From the NCBI GenBank assembly GCA_020137815.1, contig CM035352.1, positions 8,618,001-8,682,000 of the forward strand: 64,000 nt of DNA. The letters are read 5' to 3'. Both the position numbers and the translations under genes were made by a program. Source of the DNA: Hormiphora californensis (lineage: Eukaryota > Animalia > Ctenophora). Positions within the stretch are counted from its first letter, which is position 1. Every line of letters starts with the position of its first letter. A model generated the notes under the pieces. The model worked only from the letters and a program-made list of their open reading frames with translations, was not told the DNA's origin and did no database searches. Of the stretch, positions 1 to 8,552 are shown one piece after another.

Positions 1-263
1 ACAGATTATCATACTGAAAGGGTGGGTAATTGTTAGTGGTGGGACACACAGGGTCGTGGTAGTTCTGTGGTACCCTTCATGGGGTGACTCTGCAGTCTGC
101 TTCCCATTGTCTGGCGCCGCCGACCCCATCTGAGCGCACTGTGAGAATCAAATGGGGGTATGACGCCGCCATACAGGCTTCCCAGCCATTGACACACGAA
201 GGGTACCACCCAACAACCAAAATTATTTTCCTGCTGTAGAGTAGCTGAATCACGTGATCTACT

Positions 264-395
264 GGTACTGGACAGTAGTCCAAGGTACTGGACAGTAGTC
301 CAAGGTACTCGACAGTAGTCCAAGGTACTCGACAGTAGTCCAAGGTACTGGACAGTAGTCCAAGGTACTCGACAGTAGTCCAAGGTACTGGACAG
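264..395 (+). repeat. 20-bp tandem repeat (~6.6 copies) upstream of the LTR TATA box, candidate enhancer array
   Basis: GGTACT(G/C)GACAGTAGTCCAA repeated; each unit holds the dyad (G)GAC-AGTA-GTC(C). Confidence 0.9.
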
Positions 396-409
396 CGAGA
401 GTTATGTAC

Positions 410-417
410 TATATAAA
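410..417 (+). promoter_or_regulatory. Candidate LTR TATA box
   Basis: TATATAAA right after the 20-bp array, inside the putative LTR. Confidence 0.55.
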
Positions 418-499
418 TCCTATGTTTGTAAAGACCAGCTCATTCCATTACTTTGGTCAGAACTTTGTATTACTTGTACTATACAGATCCAGCCATACC

Positions 500-573
500 T
501 CCGACTCCTATCTGACGCCTATCCGACTCCTATCCGACTCCTATCCGACTCCTATCCGACTCCTATCCGACTC
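500..573 (+). repeat. 11-bp tandem repeat (CCGACTCCTAT) in LTR
   Basis: About 6 adjacent copies visible. Confidence 0.85.
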
Positions 574-762
574 TGAGGTCTGCCCTACTCAACGCCTTCT
601 ACGGGACCAGATCCACTACGAGACCTACTCTACTACGACCAGCGCCTTCTACGAGACCGGATCCACTACAAGGCCTGCTCTACTACCGCGACCAGGTACG
701 AACTATAAGGGTTCCTACACTAGACATCACAGTACAAGTTACAATACACTAACACTACAAAG

Positions 763-774
763 TGGTGCTGTGAC
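763..774 (+). promoter_or_regulatory. Primer binding site, tRNA-His type
   Basis: TGGTGCTGTGAC matches the tRNA-His PBS consensus TGGTGCCGTGAC with one G-U-compatible change and lies just after the LTR-terminal CA. Confidence 0.75.
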
Positions 775-991
775 GTAGTTTGTGTATTGTACGCATAAAG
801 TGGCTAATTCATATTGTATTGACAGTGACATCAACCAGACAAGACTATCACAAGATTCCGATTTTTCTATCAGCTCAGACAGTTTAAATTTAAGTTTAGA
901 ACTAGACGATTATTTCTTTACTCCAATAAAAGGGGGTGAAACACATAGTGAGCAAAAAGAAAATTTAAGTTATTACGAAGAGATCGTTGTC

Positions 992-2453
992 ATGGCACAG
1001 GATGACCCGGCTGATATTAAACCGCAGGATACTAATACATCCACTGCCAATGCCTCTGCACCGAAATTTACCGAAGAAGAAGTCAAGGTTAAATTTAGGG
1101 ACATGCGCCGAGAATTTACCACAAACTATGCTGCTGCAAATAAACCCAGAACTTTTGACGAAAAAACAATGAGCATCTCTAAATTTATCAAAACTTTTGA
1201 TGATTATAAAGATCTAATCTCTCTGAGTAGAGAGAAAGTATTTAGCAGTTTTTTGACTTATCTCTCAGAGAGAGAAAAAGACAAAATTTACGCTCTCAAA
1301 CTCACACCAAACCAAAAGGTCGATTGGGAGAGTGTAAAACCTGCAATTATTAGCGCGCTCACACCAAAAACTCAAAAAATGGCCACTAAAGTTGAACTTC
1401 GCAAATCGAAACAAGGCGAGGAGGAAACAGCTCTGGACTTCTTCGAAAGACTCGTCAAGTTAACAGACAAATACTACGACAGCGTTAACACCCCGAATCT
1501 CTCAGATGTTGAGAGAGACATTGAAAAGAAGATGAAAGATCGGTTACTTCGGGAAACTTTCCTGTACGGCCTCAAGACGCACGACTATCTGCAGACGTTT
1601 CTTGCCTGAAAGACGTCACGAACAGCAGCTGGCAGAAATCACCATGGAGCGAGAACTAGCACTCAAAGAAGCAATGCTAGCCCGACAGAAAGAAGACAAG
1701 GGTAGTATTGTCACACTACCCATCCCAGCTGTAGATCTAGCCAAGGGGAAACACACATGCCACCTGTACTCACCATAAAACCACCGGTGGAAACAACCAA
1801 GTCGAACGAGCGGAGTAATAACAACATGGACGCATGCTACTCATGTGGGAAATACGGTCATTTCGCCAGAGACTGCCCCTCAAAACAATCAAGAGGACCA
1901 CCACCCTCACCGTGTAGAAAGTGTGGAGGTTGGCACTGGAATAATGAATGCCGGTCCTCAGAAGTACGCATCAAACAACACCAGCAGCCGTTCCAGCAGC
2001 GTAACAACACCCAACAGTGGAGAAACAACAACACTCGGAACTACAACAACCGTACTAACAACCGGGGTAACCAACGAAATAACTTCAACAGGGGTCCCAA
2101 CAATAATTATAGGTCCGGGTGGAACAGAAATGCCGGTAATTTTAATCAGAAGCCCACAAACAGGGGTGAAGACAGATACGGCCCAAGACAAAACAACAAT
2201 TACCAGCCCAACACAGGCAACTGGCAGTCTACTAACCCTAACCCTAACTACCAGCCCAACACAGGCAACTGGCAGTCTACTAGTAACCAGCAACCCAGAC
2301 CAACCTGTTAACATGATGCAGCACCCAATCACTACACCCATGTCGCAAGTCACCATTGCAGAAGGCCCTGGAAACAGTGGATTCCCCGACCAGGAGAAGA
2401 CCTACAACATGACCCTTGTGGAGAACATTTTCAACGAACAAAATTTAAACTAG
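992..2453 (+). CDS. gag: Gag (interrupted by ~3 single-base frame changes in this assembly)
   Basis: ATG 992 (MAQDDPAD); capsid-like helical region (KQGEEETALDFFERLVKL); knuckles CYSCGKYGHFARDC and CRKCGGWHWNNEC; N/Q/R-rich tail. Frame changes near ~1600, ~1750 and ~2300; the final segment ends NLN-TAG at 2453. Confidence 0.8.
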
Positions 2454-2491
2454 AAAGGCCTCGGCCGTCACCGACCGGTCAGACAGAGGCT
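2444..2491 (+). promoter_or_regulatory. -1 programmed ribosomal frameshift signal (gag-pol)
   Basis: T TTA AAC heptamer is phased on the frame ending at TAG 2451-2453. A -1 slip enters the pol frame. A GC-rich stem GCCTC...GAGGC follows. Confidence 0.7.
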
Positions 2492-2524
2492 CTGCGCAGT
2501 AAACCAAAAATTCCATCGCGTGTT

Positions 2525-5500
2525 ATGACTATTGCAGACAAGCAAACCACATCACTTTTTGCCACAGGCACAATTAATGGAGTACAAGTCAAATTCCTAA
2601 TAGATAGTGGCGCTGTACTTAATTGCATGTCAAAATCGATTCTAGAAAAATTAAACTTACCACTAAGTAGTATACAGTATACAAATTATAAGTTAATAGG
2701 AGCCACGGGCCACAATTTGCGCGTCCTAGGAACTATCAAAGATATTCACCTTCAGCTTGGCCCACTTTATTTCATTTTAGATTTTATCGTCATTGATGAG
2801 ATAATTGCACCCTTAGTACTAGGATCTAATTTCCTAGTAGATAATGCGTTAGTGGTCGACCTAGAAAACATGAACATTAGAAAAGGTTACCATACTGCCC
2901 CACTCATTATGCACAAAACCTCAGATTCCATCATATTAGTTAAATCTAACGATGACACCCATATTAGGTTCGGTGAAATGAATACGGTAAAATGCACATC
3001 ATACGACACAAAATCACCTGATAACACCATATCACATGGAACATATGTATACACACCTAGCACCCTGTTCTGGCCTAGAGAAAATGACACACCCCCGTCG
3101 TGTATAGTTGATATAAAAGAGTCAGAGATCCCTATCACACTAGAAAACACAGACACTATGGCTGAGTATTTCTTTCCCGCTGGCACTATTTTCGGCTACT
3201 TAACACCGATAGAGAAAGCAATTAAAAACATCAGCGAACCCATAACACCTACTCAAAAATTAGCAAAGGTTATCAGAGAGTTAAGGATAGACAGTAATGA
3301 TTATTTGACATTCGATCAGAAACGTTCAGTTAAAAACTTAATTAGTGAGTACTTAGACATATTCTCATCGCATAAATATGATATTGGTCTGACAAACGTC
3401 CTCGAAGCTGAAATTAATCTTAAAGATGATATACCAGTAGCATTGCCACCTAGAAGAATACCCATTCACTTGCTTCCACAGGTCCGTAAAGAGATACAGG
3501 CACTACTAGATATAGGCGTCATACAGCCATCTCAGTCTGCGTACAGTGCACCCACTGTCATTGTTAAGAAAAAGGATTCCGATGACGTCCGTATATGCAC
3601 CGATTACAGACAGTTAAATGCTAAAACCGAGTCATTCACTTCTAGCATACCACCCCTTGATGTAGTTATCGCCCAAGTAGGAGGGAAGCAGTACTACTCT
3701 TCCCTAGATCTAACAAAAGGGTACATGAGTTTACGTATCAAGGAATCAGATAAACATAAGACAGCTTGGAATGTCCCTGGGGTAGGATTATTCGAACAGA
3801 ATCGCCTTGGTTTTGGATTAAAAAATGCACCTAGCTATTTTTGTCAAGCAATCACCATGATCTTCAAACAACTACCCAATAACATCCAAGTTTATCTCGA
3901 CGACATCCTCATAGGCACCAATTCTACTGATCACATGCTCAATAATTTAAAACAAGTATTTGATTGCATTAGGCAAGGAGGTCTGAAAATATCACCCACT
4001 AAGTGTTCACTTCTTGTAAAAAGGGTTAAATTTCTTGGTGCATGGTTAAGTGAAGAAGGATACGAAGCTGATAAAGAAAAAATTAAAGCTGTTAGAGAAA
4101 TTCCGTTCCCTACTACTAAAAAGAAACTAATGAGTTTCTTAGGTGTCATTAATTGGTTCCGAAATTTATTGAAAAATTGTGCAACTGAAATTAAACCGCT
4201 TACCGACCTACTCACTGGCACTAGCTACAACATAAAACCTACACCTGAAGCCCAACAAGCTTTTGAGATGATCAAGCATAAATTAACGACAGTGCCAATT
4301 CTTGTCATGCCTGATATTGAAAAGAAGTTTTATATTTGGTGCGACGCAAGTTTTCAAGGCTTAGGTTGTGCAATTACACATAAGTTTAGCGACAAAGAAG
4401 GAAATGACGTGTTCAAACCAATTAGTTACGCGAGTAGAGTACTAACACCCGCTGAGCAAAAATGGCCTAGCTTCAAATTAGAAATGAGAGCCGTAATCTG
4501 GGCAATACAAAAATACGATCACCTGCTGTACGGAGCTAAAGAACCATTTGTTGTTTTCACTGATATGAAATCACTCACACAACCTGGCTATCTAAACAAG
4601 GCCACGTGTAGACTATTATTATCATGGGCTATTAAGTTATCCGAATATAATTTCATCTTAGAACATACACCTGGAAAAGACAATCAACTTGCAGATTGTT
4701 TGTCACGCAACCTACCGAATAAATCTGGTGATTTATGGGAGTATTGGGAAGAGACCATTAAAAAACAGGAAGAGTCACCTAAGATAGTAATTAGCTTAAT
4801 TAAAGACGCCTTAAATTTACAACAGCAGGAGGAAAGTAACCCACTAGGAGAGCTAATCCAACTGTCAATAACCGACAGTAATGCCGAATTAGGTGCGTTT
4901 GATAATCCTATTCCATTAAAATTCCAAGACCATGAACCATTGTACCAGGCACAAATAAAAGATGAAACACTATCTAAAGTTAGATCATGGCTAGTTAACA
5001 ATGAACGACCAGCACAACCAGCGGATTCAAACTTTTCAAGGGAATTGAAAATTTATTACAATAAGTTTGCACGGCTTACACTCACCGAACAGAGCCTCAT
5101 TGCAATTAAATATATGAGTAATTCATCAGGTAAATTTCGTTGCCTCCTTTGCACCCCAGAGAGCATGAAACAAGACATTTTGGAACTAAAGCATGATAAA
5201 TCTAGTCATGCGGGTATACTTAAGACTAAAAGAGCTATCTTGCTGAAATTTTGGTGGCCTAGTATGACGGAACAAATTACATTGCATGTAAAAGCTTGTG
5301 AAGAGTGTTTCTTCCACAATAAAGGGTTCCATAAGAAACCTAAAATGGTAATGAAACTGTATGAGCAGCGAAATGTGCCTAATTATCGATGCTACATCGA
5401 TACAATGGGGCCAATAACAAAAGATTCAGGCACCACCAAACATATATTTCTAGCTACTTGTGCATTCACTAAGTACGTAACGGGCGCAGTAGTACCTGAT

Positions 5501-6517
5501 ATCAAAGCTCCAACACTTGCTAGAACATTTATGTTGTCTCATGTTTTACCATTTGGGGTCCCAGAACAAGTCTTGAGTGATCAAGGTTCGTCAATTGATG
5601 GGGCGGAGTTTATCCAAAACTTCTATGCTCTCATGGGGATAACAAAAATTAGAACAACACCATATCACCCGGCCACAAACTTAGTAGAGAGAGTGAATAA
5701 AACTCTCAAGGCAATCATAGCTAAATTAGCACACAATAGCCCAAATCAGTGGGAAAAGTACCTACCCATTGCCATATCAGCATATAACGGCACAATGCAT
5801 CAGGCCACCGGTTACACTCCTAACTATCTCTTCTTTGGAAGGGAGTTGAGAGCACCCAATGATCTCATCTATGAGACAACGTCTACAAATTTCTATAGGA
5901 ATGAATCACATTACGCTCATGAATTGTATTGGAAAATGAGGGGAGTATATTGCCAAGTTCAGCAGAGCCTCAAGAAACAGCAAGCACAAGCCAAGAAGTT
6001 GTATGATAGATCAGCAAAAATTACAAAATATTGTGTAGGAGATTACGTAGCCATCCTTGTTCCACTACCACCCAAGGAAATGGCAAACAATAAGTTCAAG
6101 TCACGATTCAAAGCACTCTACCAAATCGAAAAAATCATCTCAGATCATAATTACCTCATTAAACATGTTGAATCAGGTAAACAGAAAGTAGTTCATCATG
6201 ACCTCATGAAATATGTTCCTGAAAAACTAGCTAACAAATTGACACATGACGAAATCACCGAAGTAGTCGAGGAACAACCAATCCATATTCATTCAGACAG
6301 CGATGACGAACCTGAAATGCTACCACGTCAGACACGTTCACAAACACAGAAATTAAATAATGAGATATCAGCACAGCCAGTTCAGAAAAGCACAGAAACC
6401 ACGTACACGAGCGTAGTACCACCATTGCAAATTAGTGCACCACCACTCAGGAGATCAAATAGAAAACTCAAGTTGCCTCCATATCTCAATGATTATGACA
6501 CATCAGGACCAAGGTAA
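2525..6517 (+). CDS. pol: Pol polyprotein: aspartic protease, reverse transcriptase, RNase H, integrase (frame is open upstream of 2525)
   Basis: FLIDSGA (PR); LDLTKGY and YLDD (RT); WCDAS and NQLADCLSR (RH); H-H-CxxC and D(TMG)-D(QGS)-E(RVNK) (IN); uninterrupted 1330 aa. Confidence 0.97.
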   Translation: MTIADKQTTSLFATGTINGVQVKFLIDSGAVLNCMSKSILEKLNLPLSSIQYTNYKLIGATGHNLRVLGTIKDIHLQLGPLYFILDFIVIDEIIAPLVLGSNFLVDNALVVDLENMNIRKGYHTAPLIMHKTSDSIILVKSNDDTHIRFGEMNTVKCTSYDTKSPDNTISHGTYVYTPSTLFWPRENDTPPSCIVDIKESEIPITLENTDTMAEYFFPAGTIFGYLTPIEKAIKNISEPITPTQKLAKVIRELRIDSNDYLTFDQKRSVKNLISEYLDIFSSHKYDIGLTNVLEAEINLKDDIPVALPPRRIPIHLLPQVRKEIQALLDIGVIQPSQSAYSAPTVIVKKKDSDDVRICTDYRQLNAKTESFTSSIPPLDVVIAQVGGKQYYSSLDLTKGYMSLRIKESDKHKTAWNVPGVGLFEQNRLGFGLKNAPSYFCQAITMIFKQLPNNIQVYLDDILIGTNSTDHMLNNLKQVFDCIRQGGLKISPTKCSLLVKRVKFLGAWLSEEGYEADKEKIKAVREIPFPTTKKKLMSFLGVINWFRNLLKNCATEIKPLTDLLTGTSYNIKPTPEAQQAFEMIKHKLTTVPILVMPDIEKKFYIWCDASFQGLGCAITHKFSDKEGNDVFKPISYASRVLTPAEQKWPSFKLEMRAVIWAIQKYDHLLYGAKEPFVVFTDMKSLTQPGYLNKATCRLLLSWAIKLSEYNFILEHTPGKDNQLADCLSRNLPNKSGDLWEYWEETIKKQEESPKIVISLIKDALNLQQQEESNPLGELIQLSITDSNAELGAFDNPIPLKFQDHEPLYQAQIKDETLSKVRSWLVNNERPAQPADSNFSRELKIYYNKFARLTLTEQSLIAIKYMSNSSGKFRCLLCTPESMKQDILELKHDKSSHAGILKTKRAILLKFWWPSMTEQITLHVKACEECFFHNKGFHKKPKMVMKLYEQRNVPNYRCYIDTMGPITKDSGTTKHIFLATCAFTKYVTGAVVPDIKAPTLARTFMLSHVLPFGVPEQVLSDQGSSIDGAEFIQNFYALMGITKIRTTPYHPATNLVERVNKTLKAIIAKLAHNSPNQWEKYLPIAISAYNGTMHQATGYTPNYLFFGRELRAPNDLIYETTSTNFYRNESHYAHELYWKMRGVYCQVQQSLKKQQAQAKKLYDRSAKITKYCVGDYVAILVPLPPKEMANNKFKSRFKALYQIEKIISDHNYLIKHVESGKQKVVHHDLMKYVPEKLANKLTHDEITEVVEEQPIHIHSDSDDEPEMLPRQTRSQTQKLNNEISAQPVQKSTETTYTSVVPPLQISAPPLRRSNRKLKLPPYLNDYDTSGPR

Positions 6518-6808
6518 TTAGCGAGTCAAACTAGATTCACATTGTCAGGTTAGACACAGCCCACTGAAACAAACAGATGAAATCACTCAACACGATTTAG
6601 TACCAGAGTACAAGAGTTAAGAAAACAGCGTTATCACAGAAGCAGGATCATTAGGTGCACCATCATACATCAAAGCCAAGACAGTCACAGGTACCAATAC
6701 ACAGCATCTGGAAAGGTCGACCACATAGAAAAGTTGTAAAGTGACCCAATTTCGGACGAACTGATCACTCGACTGACATAGGAAACAAACTCACACAACC
6801 AAACTATG

Positions 6809-6816
6809 TTTTTCAG
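6809..6816 (+). promoter_or_regulatory. Splice acceptor for env1
   Basis: TTTTTCAG immediately before ATG 6817. Confidence 0.65.
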
Positions 6817-8552
6817 ATGCAGGGCATAACAACAATCGTGGTTATGACCCTAGTTGCCAGTATGGCAAGTGGTACCGCTATGATATGCGATAGTAGAACT
6901 ACCAAACAATTGTTCAAAATTCCGACCTCGTTTGAATGTAATAGCATAGACAACCCGACAGTTTATAACGTCACTCTTTGGAAGAAAAACATCAAAGAAT
7001 ATAGGTAGCAGCCAAGTCAATAAAAGTCACAGAGAAGACATGCAAAGTTTCAAATAATTTCTTTGGGTCTAAAGAGACCACCAAGTCGAGCAAAAAAATA
7101 TACTGGCCAGAAAATAAGTACCGAGACCACCTAACTCACTCCACATGTGAGGACTTGACTGGCGCACGTACAACACACACAGGGCACCTTGAACCCAAAT
7201 GTGAATCCCAATGGCTGAAAACCAAAGTTAATAAAGTTATAGAGTGTGTGATCCGAGAAGGATATGTGACCAAAACTCACGGAGGAGACACCATATCAAA
7301 TCTAGGAGACATGACAAAATGTGCTAAAAATTATGAAAAGGGCTACTGTATAACTAGTAATAACGAGGCGATTATTTATCAACCCGAACTAAAAGTCAAG
7401 GAAGAGTACACTTTAATGGGTAATTACCCTGCAATCTTTCTAAGCACTCATCTTATGATTGGTGAGATAGGATTTAGTACGGATCTCAAAGAAGACCCTA
7501 TATTAGACAAAATTTACCTACGGAATGGATTCAAAATTAAAGTAAGTAAACGAAGTGAAAAACCTAAAAGTCTAGCATCAGAAAAAACTCTGACAATTGA
7601 GGCAGTCAGAGAGGAACTCTTGACTAAACTTAACTTTCTTTCTGACCGAGTGTCACAAAAAACACAAAAATTTGCTAATCTATGTGAAGCGATTCAATTG
7701 ACCATCAACGTTACAAAAACGTTGGCACCAAATAATCCGACTGCTTACGCACGAAGTATGTTAGGCAATAAATACATCATAGCACAGAGCGATCATATCA
7801 CCGGCAATCTACTGCAGGTCACACCATGTAGACCCATAACTAATGTCGAGTTTAGGATTACGAATGAATGCTTTCACGACGTCCCTATTAATTACCAATT
7901 AGAGCCTTCAACCAACAAAATAGCAGGATTTCTAGACCCACAAACAAACATTATCAATCACCAATCACCAAGGACAAATTGCACAAACCCAGTGAGTAGA
8001 TTCCTAGAACTCAATGGCGAAACATACAACTATCAGCCAGGTACTACACCACACATAATCAGCACTGAAGATGCACTGGAAATACCGATATTCAAAACCC
8101 ACACACTCGATGATCTGTTCCACTTCCCTGACGAATTCATCTACGACAAAACTGATATAATACACACAGACCCAGCTAAAGCCGCCTTAGAATACCTAGA
8201 CAATAGACTCAGTGATATAGAAAATAATCAACAAAACAATCTAGATGGACCAGAGACAATCATACCAGGCTTCAGCAGCACAGCATGGCACCATATATTA
8301 GATGGAACCCTACTCTGGATCACCAGAGTTGGAGCCACATGTGGTCTAATTTGGGCAATTAAACAACTAAATTTTAGAAAAATTGGCAAGGCAGTTAGTA
8401 AAGTTAAAATAACGATAGGTGGTACAGAACCGACTAGACGACCTAGTAGACAGCGACATACTAGGCGTAACAACCGATTTTTTCCAGAGAACTCTAGACA
8501 AACCGATAACGATGAGATGGACTCCGTTAATTATACTCCTTTTATGCATTAA
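6817..8552 (+). CDS. env: Envelope glycoprotein 1, class III fusogen-like (herpes gB/chuvirus/rhabdovirus G-like), ~578 aa, one 1-nt frameshift at ~7003
   Basis: Signal peptide MQGITTIVVMTLVASMASG. The ORF continues in the -1 frame from 7005 (VAAKSIKVTEKTCKVSNNFFGSK). gB-like motifs NPTAYARSMLG...GNLLQVTPCRPI...ECFHDVPI...GFLDPQTNII. C-terminal hydrophobic segment and basic tail. Confidence 0.75.
8478..8487 (+). promoter_or_regulatory. Splice acceptor for env2
   Basis: TTTTTTCCAG ending 25 nt before ATG 8512, with no intervening ATG. Confidence 0.55.

Larger units (their letters stand above)
1..759 (+). repeat. 5' LTR (3' portion)
   Basis: Ends in CA three nt before the PBS and contains a TATA box and tandem repeats. 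No second copy is visible to fix the left boundary. Confidence 0.7.

Noticed and set aside
2232-2248. Telomere-like (TAACCC)n
   Set aside because: Only ~2.5 units, encoding NPNPN within gag.
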